Virus record (IMG/VR): IMGVR_UViG_3300025152_000065
Span: 1-26,504 of that record
Source of the DNA: a virus
Taxonomy: Duplodnaviria; Caudoviricetes
Reading direction: 5' to 3' (one strand)
DNA length: 26,504 nucleotides
Shown: positions 7,041-16,472 of the stretch, one piece after another
Numbering within the stretch: the stretch's first letter is position 1
Layout of the letters: the number at the start of each line of letters is the position of its first letter
Notes under the pieces: generated by a model
What the model was told of the DNA's origin: nothing
Database searches by the model: none
What the model saw: the letters and a program-made list of their open reading frames with translations, nothing else
Translations under genes and position numbers: made by a program

Positions 7041-8330
7041 ATGAGCAGCCAGTTCGTTTTGAAACACCAATCCGTCCCCCCCAGCCTGAGAATCCCGGTG
7101 CACAGCAATTTTTCCGGCAGCCCCCAGGCGAGGTTGACCAACTACGACAACCAACCCCACCCGACCCTTGAAAGGGACGGCGATGGGCAGTGGTTCCTTT
7201 TGTTTGCTCCCCAACTGATGGGCAGGCCGGTCGAGGTTTGTGTGTTTGAGGATGCCCCCCTCTTGCCGGTACTGCCCAGGCTGGAAAACAAGATGATCCC
7301 CAACCAATTGAGCAGTTCCAAAATGGTGGGTTGGTTGTCTGGCCTGGGTTGGGTGGGTAAACTCTCCTGCCTCTTTTTGGCGGCCATCGCCGTTGGTTTT
7401 TACCTGGAAAAAAACGGGTCAGAGTTGCTTCCTGCCTTTTGGGCTGGGTTTCCATTTGGGCTTAAGGTTTTGGTGGCGGCGCTCTTGGGCATCGGGGTGG
7501 CCAAGGGTGGGGCCTTGACCGCTTGGTGGTCCCGCTTGAGTGGGGCGAAGCAGACCGCTTTGACTTCGGCCTTGTTGTTCGGGGGGCTGGTGCTCTCCCA
7601 CCTGACCGGGTCTGATGCGTTGCCGGTGCTTTACAGCGAGGTAAACGTGGGCCAAGCGGCAGCCAAAACGGCCAATGCCCTCAAAAACCCAAGGCAAATC
7701 CTCGCCGAAGGTGGGGAAGCCTTGGAAGAGGCCTCCAAGGTGGCCGTCAACGAACAGAAGTTTTTGGACCATCCGTTTTTTAAGGACCTGGACCCCTCCA
7801 TCCGTGAGGACCTGGGGGAACATTACATCTACACCGGTGCGGGGGTGATCGTTCGCTCCGAACCCTACGAACCTGCGGAACTCTCAGAAGCGGAGGCCGT
7901 CTGTAATCAGATCCCCGGCGGCAGATTGGGGACCCCCGCCGAACTGGAGCAACTCAGCGGCAGCCCCCTGGTTGGCCTTCGCTACAACCAGGCGGAGAAG
8001 GGCGAATGGACTGCCGAGCGGTATTGGTTCGGCCCTGGGGCAGACCACAAACTTTACCACCACAAACACCCGGAGACTCGGTTTTTTATGGTCACCGAAA
8101 AGGCGGACAGCCTAAGCGGCGAGGACCTCCAGACTTTCGTCAAAGCACGGGGATACGAAACCGGGACGTTAAACGACCAGCAGATCCAGCGCACCTTGTA
8201 CCAAGCAGAAAAGCGAAAAGCCCTGGAACAACTACCAGTCGGTACTGATTTGTCCGGCAAGTTCGCTTGGCTGGATGGGGGGAAAAAGGCCGCTTACCGC
8301 TGCATCCTGGGACAGCCGGAGGGGATGTGA
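7041..8330 (+). CDS. Membrane protein (about 3 TM segments) with a C-terminal C-type-lectin-like domain
   Basis: RBS GAGG; three hydrophobic segments; EAEAVCNQIPGGRLGTPAELEQL...EWT...YRCI signature. Confidence 0.65.
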   Translation: MSSQFVLKHQSVPPSLRIPVHSNFSGSPQARLTNYDNQPHPTLERDGDGQWFLLFAPQLMGRPVEVCVFEDAPLLPVLPRLENKMIPNQLSSSKMVGWLSGLGWVGKLSCLFLAAIAVGFYLEKNGSELLPAFWAGFPFGLKVLVAALLGIGVAKGGALTAWWSRLSGAKQTALTSALLFGGLVLSHLTGSDALPVLYSEVNVGQAAAKTANALKNPRQILAEGGEALEEASKVAVNEQKFLDHPFFKDLDPSIREDLGEHYIYTGAGVIVRSEPYEPAELSEAEAVCNQIPGGRLGTPAELEQLSGSPLVGLRYNQAEKGEWTAERYWFGPGADHKLYHHKHPETRFFMVTEKADSLSGEDLQTFVKARGYETGTLNDQQIQRTLYQAEKRKALEQLPVGTDLSGKFAWLDGGKKAAYRCILGQPEGM

Positions 8331-9355
8331 ACCTAAAGCTCAAGGAGTTCTTGCGGCGCATGACCACCCAACCTACCGACCCCCAAAGGATCCTGGTGTG
8401 GATGGGGCTCAATTGGTGTCTGCTTCACCTGACCTTGATCCCAGGACCGGAGCCCTCTCCGCTTCGTGGCGGGGCCCCGATCTGGATGGATACGCTTGTG
8501 GTGGCTTCAATGGCCTTGAGCATCTGCTTGTGGATCTTCTTTAGCGGGGAAAACAATTTATCCCTGGCCATGCGTATGGCCTATACCGGAGCCACAACGC
8601 AGGTCAGCTACATGATCCTGTTTGAGGGCTGGTCCTCCAACTCCGTTCTTTATCAGGCCTTCAGTCTGCTTTCGATCAACATCCTCGCCGGGTTCGCCCT
8701 GACCGGGATCACCCCGGTTCGGCTGTTTGAAGTAACGGCCCCGGAGTTCCAAGGGCTGAGTGCGGCCCAAAGGGGCTGGGCGAACATCAAGGCAGCATTC
8801 CTGGCCCCAGAACTCAGGATCACCCAGGCTTCGGCAATTCGGGGGATCATCTACTGGTATGCGATGCTTTTGGTGGTGCTGTTGTTGGTGCTGTGGCCGA
8901 CTCGTGGGCAATCCATGGGCCTGAACGACGTGGTCCAGGGCTGGGTGCTGTGGTCCAACTGGAGGATCGTTCTTTCAGGCGCCCTGTTGGGGGTTTGCGG
9001 GGTTGGTTGGATCAAGCTCAGGTCTGAAAACATCCCCCAAGAACTGGCCCAATCGGTGGGCCTGTTGCTGCGGGTTTTGGTGGCGCTCTCGGTGTTTTTG
9101 ATCCTGGGCCAGTATTGGCCGCAATCCCTGACTAGGCCGGAACTTGGGGCAGCGGTGATCATTCTTTTGGTTTTCCCCCAGGCCTTTGGGGATCTCGAAG
9201 ATTTTTTGACCAGAAACTTTGGGCTTCTTGCAGCCCGGTCCTTTCGGGCTTTGCCTTTTGTTTTGTTGTTTTTGATCGGGATCAACGTTTGGATCCCGGT
9301 CAACGAGCTGGCCTCGATCTCGGCCGCTTGGGTAAAAGCCCAGAGTTGGAGGTAG
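8327..9355 (+). CDS. Polytopic membrane protein (roughly 9-10 TM segments), function unknown
   Basis: GTGA overlap with the previous stop; hydrophobic helices throughout. Confidence 0.75.
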   Translation: MNLKLKEFLRRMTTQPTDPQRILVWMGLNWCLLHLTLIPGPEPSPLRGGAPIWMDTLVVASMALSICLWIFFSGENNLSLAMRMAYTGATTQVSYMILFEGWSSNSVLYQAFSLLSINILAGFALTGITPVRLFEVTAPEFQGLSAAQRGWANIKAAFLAPELRITQASAIRGIIYWYAMLLVVLLLVLWPTRGQSMGLNDVVQGWVLWSNWRIVLSGALLGVCGVGWIKLRSENIPQELAQSVGLLLRVLVALSVFLILGQYWPQSLTRPELGAAVIILLVFPQAFGDLEDFLTRNFGLLAARSFRALPFVLLFLIGINVWIPVNELASISAAWVKAQSWR

Positions 9356-9356
9356 C

Positions 9357-10571
9357 GTGAACGTTCAACTGCTGGATTATGTTGATCTTGGAAAGCAGGT
9401 CCTCAAAAAAGACCCGGTCAGCGGGTTTTTGCGGATCCCCGTTGCCCTAACCTGTGTGCAGGTACGTGATTACCCGGAGATCAGCAGACCAGACGGAAGG
9501 ATGGGGACCAAGATCGCCTTCCCGAACCAGACGATCCAAGATGCCGCTCCAACCTTTAACGACGTCCCGGTGGTCGTCCACCACGGGGTAGATTGGGTAA
9601 CTACCGGGAATTTCAGGGACAGGGCCGTGGGGCACGTTTCCTCCGGAGTTAGGTTCGACGAAAAAACCAAGCACCTCCGGGGGGAGGTGATCATCTCCGA
9701 TGAAAAAACGATCAAGGAAGTCTTAGGCAGGAAACAATACCGGGAGGTCAGCATCGGGGCCCCTGGGGCGATTGAGTTCCAGGCTTGTTATCTGTTGCAA
9801 GACGGGACCCTGAGCTTCGACCCAAACTCCGGTGGAGAACCGGCAGACGCCTGGTGCTCCGGTATGACGGGGAACCACCTGGCCTTGGTTCCCCAAGGAA
9901 GAGCTGGGGCCAGCTGTCGTCTTTTGATTGACCATGACACCCCGCCAAAAGGCGGCGAACCTAAACCTAATCAAGGAGCAAACGTGAAAATCAAGATCAC
10001 CCTGCCCATTTACTTGGCAGACGGGAAGCCCGTAGTTGAGCAAAGGGAGGTGGAGTTTGAAGACACCGTCGAGCCTCTCGTTGCCGTGTTCAGGGACCGA
10101 GAGGCAAGGATCAAGGCGCAAATTGACCTTACGGACACCTCTAGGCGGACCGCCGAGGAAAGGGCCAAACAAGCCGAAGCCAAGCTGAAAGATGCCGAAG
10201 ACAAGGCCAAGGAACTGGTTCCAAAAAAGGAAGTAGCGGCAATGGTCCAGGATCATTTGGTGGCAATGGGCGCAGCTCAAAACCTGAGGATCGAGATCAA
10301 AGACGGCCAAGGGGCGATGGAAATCAAGCTGGCGGTGATCGAACAGCTTTTGCCTTCGGTTCGCCAGCACTTAAAGGACAGCAAGCACGACCAAGAAGCA
10401 ACCCACGTTGACATTGCCTTCAAGGCGTCCACGGCCAACTTGAGGGATGCGGCGGAGATGGCTCTGATCAACAAGGCCATGAAGGGCGGGATGCAGCAAC
10501 AGACCGGCTTTAATGACGCTCCTGTGGCCAAAACTCCCCGGCAGATCCACGAAGAACGTTACAACCCTTAA
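9357..10571 (+). CDS. DUF2213-family prohead protease / scaffold
   Basis: GFLRIP, VPVVVHH, EVSIG, GNHLALVPQGRAG motifs, then a coiled-coil scaffold tail. Confidence 0.88.
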   Translation: MNVQLLDYVDLGKQVLKKDPVSGFLRIPVALTCVQVRDYPEISRPDGRMGTKIAFPNQTIQDAAPTFNDVPVVVHHGVDWVTTGNFRDRAVGHVSSGVRFDEKTKHLRGEVIISDEKTIKEVLGRKQYREVSIGAPGAIEFQACYLLQDGTLSFDPNSGGEPADAWCSGMTGNHLALVPQGRAGASCRLLIDHDTPPKGGEPKPNQGANVKIKITLPIYLADGKPVVEQREVEFEDTVEPLVAVFRDREARIKAQIDLTDTSRRTAEERAKQAEAKLKDAEDKAKELVPKKEVAAMVQDHLVAMGAAQNLRIEIKDGQGAMEIKLAVIEQLLPSVRQHLKDSKHDQEATHVDIAFKASTANLRDAAEMALINKAMKGGMQQQTGFNDAPVAKTPRQIHEERYNP

Positions 10572-10586
10572 CCTACCAGAGGAACG

Positions 10587-11093
10587 ATGCAAACAAGTTA
10601 CGCCAACCCTTCCACCGGCTACGCCGGGCAATTGTTGAACCAGGGCGAAGTCCCGGACCTTGAGGCCTTGTCGGTCGAGGGAGCGGAGATCGCCTTTGGG
10701 ACCGGCGTTATCAGCGGGACCAACAAAGAGACCCAAATCAAAACGCCCGCTGCGGTCTTTACCCTGGCCCAGTTCCGGGGTGTGGTCATTGCCACCGCAG
10801 CGAGGATCGAGCGGCTTTACAAACAAGTTGGCCTGCCCAAGGTCCCGGTTGGGGAGGCCATCGACGTGCTGCGGCAGGGTTATGCCAAGGTGTTGACCAA
10901 AGCGTCTCCGATCAGCAGGGGCGACGCAGTTTATCTGCAACACACCGCAGGCGGGGTTTATGCCCCCGGCGACCTGCACAACGATGCCGCTCAAGCGGCC
11001 AACGCCGTGGACGTTTCCGCAGTTGCCGCTTGGTACCGTGGGGTATCTGTTGCGGGCGAATATGCCACCATCCAACTTTCGATCAAGGGGTAA
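10587..11093 (+). CDS. Capsid decoration / cement protein
   Basis: Position between protease and capsid; MQTSY...GYAGQL, IAFGTGV, DVLRQG motifs. Confidence 0.75.
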   Translation: MQTSYANPSTGYAGQLLNQGEVPDLEALSVEGAEIAFGTGVISGTNKETQIKTPAAVFTLAQFRGVVIATAARIERLYKQVGLPKVPVGEAIDVLRQGYAKVLTKASPISRGDAVYLQHTAGGVYAPGDLHNDAAQAANAVDVSAVAAWYRGVSVAGEYATIQLSIKG

Positions 11094-11096
11094 ACA

Positions 11097-12254
11097 ATGC
11101 AATTTCTTAAACCGCATCCGGAACAAACCTTGATGGACAGCACCGTTTCCATGCTGCTCAAGACTCCTGGAGTCGTTGGGCAGATGCCGATCCTGCAAGA
11201 GCCCCAGGCCCAAAAGAACCTGCGGGACGCCCTCAACAAGGCGGAACTGCTGGCCTACAACCTCACTGCCACAAGCAGCCAACAATCCAAGGTCTTGATC
11301 GGGTCCGCCGGAGCCCATCAGGTCATCATGGATGGGAAAATGGTTCCCCTTAAGGACGGTCCGGGTGACTACTCCGCAAGGTCGTTGGAGCGATTCGATC
11401 CCAAAATGCGGGAGGCAAAGTTAAAAAAGCTCAACTTTGCCGACATCCTCCCGGTCAATAACTTGGCCGACCCTGCCGTGACGGCGGAAACCTACGAGAT
11501 GAGTTTCCCGATCATCGAAGCCAAGGAGCAGTACTCGGAACACGGCCAAAAGTCCAACCAGATTGATGTGATCGTGAAGGAATTTACCTCTACCGTAAAA
11601 CGGGAAGACGTCGAGTTCGTCCTGACCTACGACGACATCCAAGCCATGGCCCGCACGGGGAGAATCAACCAGGTCGAACGCAAGATCCGGGTGGCCTATC
11701 GGGCTTACCAGGAAAAAGCCCAAGCCCGTTTTATGCTGGGGGATGCAACCCAAGGGGTGAAGGGCTTCACCAACCACGCCTACATGCCGGGGGCAGCAAT
11801 TTCGCAAGGCGGGAAAACCACCATCGCCTCCATGCTGCCAGAAGAGCAGATTAAGTTTTTTAACAGCCTGATCACCCAGGTCTATATGGCCACGGGGATG
11901 AACCATTCCCCCAATGCTTTGTGCTTGGCACCCAACATTTGGTCCACACTTTTTAACCAGATCGTCGATTTCCAATACCGAAGAGTTTTAGAATATCTGC
12001 TCGACCAGCTGGGGGGCATGGGGTACCGGGAAATTCACCCCTGCTTTGAACTCCAGGCAACTGGGGTCAACGCCAAAGACCAAGTGATTGCCTACGAAAA
12101 AAGTATCGAAAACATGGAGGCAACCATCCTCCAAGACCTGACCTGGATTCCCCAGCAGCCTGTAGGTTCCTCGATCAAGTTCACCGGGACCTTCAAACTG
12201 GGCGAATACAAGTCCTTTTTCCCACTCTCGGCCCTCCGGGCATACGAGCAATAA
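11097..12254 (+). CDS. Major capsid protein (DUF2184, HK97 fold)
   Basis: GD...GVKGFTNH, PNALCLAP, IAYEKSIENME motifs; size and synteny. Confidence 0.85.
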   Translation: MQFLKPHPEQTLMDSTVSMLLKTPGVVGQMPILQEPQAQKNLRDALNKAELLAYNLTATSSQQSKVLIGSAGAHQVIMDGKMVPLKDGPGDYSARSLERFDPKMREAKLKKLNFADILPVNNLADPAVTAETYEMSFPIIEAKEQYSEHGQKSNQIDVIVKEFTSTVKREDVEFVLTYDDIQAMARTGRINQVERKIRVAYRAYQEKAQARFMLGDATQGVKGFTNHAYMPGAAISQGGKTTIASMLPEEQIKFFNSLITQVYMATGMNHSPNALCLAPNIWSTLFNQIVDFQYRRVLEYLLDQLGGMGYREIHPCFELQATGVNAKDQVIAYEKSIENMEATILQDLTWIPQQPVGSSIKFTGTFKLGEYKSFFPLSALRAYEQ

Positions 12255-12265
12255 AGGAGCGATTC

Positions 12266-12799
12266 GTGAGCAAAATGTTTGTGATCCAAAACAACGGTAC
12301 CAGCCAAACCAGCTTTTTCTTTGAGGTCAAAAACGAAGAGGAAACGGAGCAGGTGACGCTGGTGATCCCGGCCAGTTTTAACGGCGTTCCCGGCATCAGC
12401 CGGGAGTTGAGCGAAGCCGAAGTAAAGGCGTTGCAGGAAGACCCCAAACAAAAGGCCTTTAAGGTTCTTTGTGAGCAAGGGGTGTTTCTGGTGGTGGAAA
12501 AAAAGCCGCAAGTCTCCCCCACCAAAAAGGCGGAAGAGCTGGCCCAATTTGATCCCCAAGGCCCTGCGGGGCAAGAGATGATCAAAAAGGCCACGGAGCA
12601 GGCTCTCGAAGGGTTGGTCAAAAAGCTGGAAGGCCTGGGGCTGACTCCCGAACTGCTCCAACAGTTTGGGCAATTTAAGGCGGTTTTTGAAGAGGCCAAG
12701 GCTATCCTCTCCAAGGTGGAAGCAGCGGCCAAAGCAGTCGATACCAGCGCCAAGGAGGCGGCAAAATCCGCCGCCGAAGCGAAAAAAAACAAAGAGTAA
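12266..12799 (+). CDS. Hypothetical protein following the capsid gene
   Basis: RBS AAGGAG with GTG start; in-operon position; helical Ala/Lys/Glu-rich C-terminus. Confidence 0.7.
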   Translation: MSKMFVIQNNGTSQTSFFFEVKNEEETEQVTLVIPASFNGVPGISRELSEAEVKALQEDPKQKAFKVLCEQGVFLVVEKKPQVSPTKKAEELAQFDPQGPAGQEMIKKATEQALEGLVKKLEGLGLTPELLQQFGQFKAVFEEAKAILSKVEAAAKAVDTSAKEAAKSAAEAKKNKE

Positions 12800-12802
12800 C
12801 CA

Positions 12803-13471
12803 ATGGGATTGTTGATCACCTGGGAAGACGTGCTGCTCATCGCAGCGGGGGAAAAGGACCTGGCCAACGAGGACAAGTTCACCTTGGACTTGCTGGCCAG
12901 GGTTACCGTCACCGATGTTGGGAGCACGTCCTACAACCTAACCTTGTTGGGTCAGGTGATCAGCTTCCAGCGGCAAGTCGAGGATAGTCTCGCAGCTGTG
13001 GCGGCGGGACTGATCCAAGGCATAAACGAATGTAGGCCCTTGGTTGATCAGGCCAAGGCCAAGCCGGGCCGGTACCCGGACGAGTTCTCCATTTATGGGA
13101 AAATCAGTTTGAATTGGTTTGAAGTGAGCCCCGGAACTGGGACGACGGTGGCCCAGTCCCTGGCAAAAGCGATTGTGTATGGGGGAAGAAGCTTCATCCT
13201 CAAGCTCTGCGAAAAGAAGGTACAGGCCTCGGTTTTTGGGGATTTCACCTACGAAGCACAACTGTATTATGCGGCCCACCTGGCAGCACAAACCAGGACC
13301 CCGGCCCAAGGCAAAGGGAGCCTTTCGGGCCAAAGCTTTGGTGGAGAATCAATGACTTTTACCATGCCCAACCTCAACCCAAAGGCGGGAGAGGTCTTAA
13401 AACAAACCACCTACGGGCAGGCATTCCTCGAACTTTCAAGGGGCTTGGTGTTCCCGATGGTGGTCGGGTGA
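12803..13471 (+). CDS. Head-tail adaptor (DUF4054-like) with an internal inserted domain
   Basis: FGDFTYEAQLYYAAHL, SGQSFGGESMTF, TTYGQAFLEL motifs. Confidence 0.8.
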   Translation: MGLLITWEDVLLIAAGEKDLANEDKFTLDLLARVTVTDVGSTSYNLTLLGQVISFQRQVEDSLAAVAAGLIQGINECRPLVDQAKAKPGRYPDEFSIYGKISLNWFEVSPGTGTTVAQSLAKAIVYGGRSFILKLCEKKVQASVFGDFTYEAQLYYAAHLAAQTRTPAQGKGSLSGQSFGGESMTFTMPNLNPKAGEVLKQTTYGQAFLELSRGLVFPMVVG

Positions 13472-13854
13472 GCGGTCTGGTGATTGAGGTCCTGATCGAG
13501 GAGGACTCCAAAAATTTTGACCAAATGGAAACCCGGTGTTTTGCGGAGGTGCCGTTTGTCGAGATCGGCCTCCTGGAGGAAAGCCCCAGAGCACAATTCA
13601 AGCGGGGGGAAGACCAGATGATCCGCCAAGAGACGGCGGCCTTGCTCCTTCGTGGGCTTGAGTCCAGTCACATCACGGTAACGACGGACCAGGTGGCAGA
13701 GTCGTTGTTGTTGTACTTGATGGAAAACCAAGCCCCGGAACAGGAGCTCAAGATCGTAGGGCAGTTGCTTGGGGAGGTCATGGCCGGACAAACCAACCCC
13801 GCCGCCACCAAGGGAGAACTGAAAAAAGCGATCATTGCCCAGGTAAGAAAGTGA
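13468..13854 (+). CDS. Putative neck/tail-completion protein, divergent
   Basis: Synteny; weak VEIGL...GELKKAIIAQV resemblance to HK97 gp10-like proteins. Confidence 0.5.
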   Translation: MSGLVIEVLIEEDSKNFDQMETRCFAEVPFVEIGLLEESPRAQFKRGEDQMIRQETAALLLRGLESSHITVTTDQVAESLLLYLMENQAPEQELKIVGQLLGEVMAGQTNPAATKGELKKAIIAQVRK

Positions 13855-14201
13855 CCCCAGATCCGCAGTTCTTGGATACGATTTTGGATAACGCCGTGCC
13901 GGTCGAATTGGTTTCTGCGGGGACGGTTGAGGTCATCCAGGGCCGGGCGACCGGGAGCGAGCAGGTCTTGCCCCTGGTCGCTTGGCCTCAGCAATCAAGC
14001 CCAGAGGAGATTAAATTTGCAAGGCAAGACGGGGACCGAATTGGCGAATGGCTGACGTTTCGTGGTGCCTTTGACCCGTTGGTCAAGTCTGGGGCTTCCT
14101 TACGGTACCGGGGCCGGGATTATCAGATCAGAAAACTTTGGCGGGTACCGGTTGCGGAACCCGTATTTTACATAGCTGTAGGCTATTGGAGCGAGGCTTA
14201 G
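13851..14201 (+). CDS. Putative head-closure protein
   Basis: Synteny; beta-rich with DGDRIGEWLTF and LRYRGRDYQI. Confidence 0.6.
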   Translation: MTPDPQFLDTILDNAVPVELVSAGTVEVIQGRATGSEQVLPLVAWPQQSSPEEIKFARQDGDRIGEWLTFRGAFDPLVKSGASLRYRGRDYQIRKLWRVPVAEPVFYIAVGYWSEA

Positions 14202-14819
14202 GTGGACGGATTGCAAAACAACTTCGGCCAGCAGATCAATTCGCTGGTTTTTTGGATCACCGAACTGACCGGGTTGGCCCCAAATAGGGTCCTGGACGGG
14301 CGTTCGGTTGGTGCGGATCGCCCCAAAAACGAGGCTTACACCTTGTTCTACGTGGTCCACAACGATGATGCCGGCCAAATCGGGGTCAAAAGGATCAGCA
14401 ACGGGGATGGAACCGTGGCGGTCTGGAGGTATCGGCCCAAACAGTTGGGGATCGACCTGCACTTTTACAGCCCTGACCACAAGCCGGTCAGCCACAGCGA
14501 CCAGCCGCAAGACGCCGGGTACTACGCCAGGAGGTTCTCCGCTGGTGTAAAAACCGAAAAAGGAAAGACGGCCTTGGCCGAATCAGAACCTTTGTCCGGG
14601 CGCTGCGGTGGGTTGGCCCTGCAAGATTTGGCCGGGCCGATCAACCAGGATTTTAGGGAGGAGCAGTCCTCCGGTTGGGTCAGGCACCAATATCTGGATC
14701 TGACCTTGAGTTACACCGAGGTAACCTTGGAAACCCTGCCGGAAATCAACGAAGTCAGAATGACCGGAACCGGGGCCGGGGCGGCCCCAAATACGACCAT
14801 CGCAGTTAACGCCAACTAA
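14202..14819 (+). CDS. Putative neck/tail terminator protein
   Basis: Directly upstream of the sheath; RPK..YTLF, IDLHFYS, LDLTLSY motifs. Confidence 0.65.
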   Translation: MDGLQNNFGQQINSLVFWITELTGLAPNRVLDGRSVGADRPKNEAYTLFYVVHNDDAGQIGVKRISNGDGTVAVWRYRPKQLGIDLHFYSPDHKPVSHSDQPQDAGYYARRFSAGVKTEKGKTALAESEPLSGRCGGLALQDLAGPINQDFREEQSSGWVRHQYLDLTLSYTEVTLETLPEINEVRMTGTGAGAAPNTTIAVNAN

Positions 14820-14827
14820 GAGGACCA

Positions 14828-16463
14828 ATGAACAGCTCCAAATTCGTCAAAGCCCAAACCAGCACGACCCCTTCGGCACTTGCCGGAGATGACTTGAGCA
14901 TCATTCTGTTTCTTAGTGATGTCTCGACCGCCAGCAACTGGGACGGGAAAACGGTCAAAAGTTATTCCAACCCAGATGAAATCGCCTTGGACTTCCCCGA
15001 AAACCACTGGGCCAGGACGGTAGCGGCAAAGGTCTTTGGACAAGTGCCTTCGGTTTCAACCTTGAAGATCGGCAGGCGTAACCTCGCCCAAACCATGACC
15101 GGGGCGCTGGACGCAGCCGAAGCAGCGGACTCGAAGTGGTTTTTGCTGGTCGGCGCCAGGGGGGAGGATATTTTTGAGGCTGGAGATTGGATCGAGGCCA
15201 GGGTCCTCAAGTTCGGTATTTATGCCTCGGAAGACCCGTTTAGCTTGGATGCGCAAGTGACCACCAGCATCAAGGCCCGGTTTGCTTTGAAGGGTTACAA
15301 AAAATCATGCCTGCTTTGGCATCACCAGTCCGGTACCAAGTTGACCGGGGTCAAAATCACGGTTGCGGCTGGCGTTGCCACCGCCACCGCCGCCAGTGTG
15401 GCGCAAGTGGCCAAAGTTGCGGTGGACACGGTCCTGGACTCCACCAACTACACTCTGACCTTCAACGGGCAAGCGGTCACCTCCAACTCCGGGGTGGGGG
15501 CAACGTTCACCACCATCCGGGATGGGCTGATCAACGTGTTTAACCAGCTTCCTGGGGCCATCGGTCTGGCGGAAGTTGGCGTTGGGGCCAACGAGTTGAA
15601 GATCACGGCCATCGATCGGCACTCCCTTTACCTTGGCGGCCGTCGCCAACATGACCGTCACCGAGACTACCGCCAACCAAACCGCAGAGCACCTTCGCAG
15701 GGTGGGGGATCAAGTGGTGATCGAAGGCAGCAGCGCTGCCTTTAACGGCTTGCGGACGGTCAAGGAGGTGATCCTCCAGAGCAACGGCAAGTCCGACCAA
15801 TTCACTTTTGACGCTCCCCTGGCGGTGGCCAACGATGTAAGCGGGAACGCTTCGATTGACGGCGGATTTACCTACCCGGACGCTGCGGCCGCCGGGATGG
15901 GCTTGGCCTTCCCGATGGGCAAGATCGACTGGGCCTTCAAGTCGCTAGGAGGCATCGAGCCGAGCCCCGAGACGTTGATCACAGAATCGGTCTCGCAGGC
16001 GCTGGAGCTGGCCAACTGCAACTACTACACTGCCGTAGGCGGCAGGAACATCCTCTTTGAGGCGGTCACCGGGTTTGGGATCCCCATCGACCAGATGATC
16101 GGCCTGGGCCTTTGGCTGCCCAATTTGATCAAGGGCGACGTGTACGCTCACATCACCGGCCAAAAACGCTTTACCTTGGACGACTCCGGGCTTTTGGCGG
16201 TCAAGGTGCTGGTGGAGCAATGTCTGGCCAGAGCCCAGGCGGCAGGACTGACCGCTCCCTTTGTCGAGGACTTTGCCCTTTACCCGGACACCGGGCTTCC
16301 GGCTGGGGCCCAATTGGGGGACCACTACGTCGTCAAGGTGCCGCAGCTCAAAGATGTCCCCAAGATTGAGCGGGAGGCAGGCAAAGTCCTTTCGGGGATT
16401 GAGTACCAGATCCAAGGAGCCAAGGGCTTCCATTTCGTCAACATTTTCGGAAACTTCACTTAA
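14828..16463 (+). CDS. Contractile tail sheath (DUF3383), split by a +1 frameshift near 15600-15630 (ORFs 14828-15745 and about 15615-16463)
   Basis: N-terminal VKSYSN..EIALDF, VFGQVPSVSTLKIGRR; C-terminal WAFKSLGGI, NCNYYT, IDQMIG..WL, IEYQIQGAKGFHFVNIFG. Confidence 0.85.
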
Positions 16464-16472
16464 AAAGGAAAC

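Noticed and set aside
7860-8330. DGR target (C-type lectin fold)
   Set aside because: No reverse transcriptase or template/variable repeat pair seen in the window
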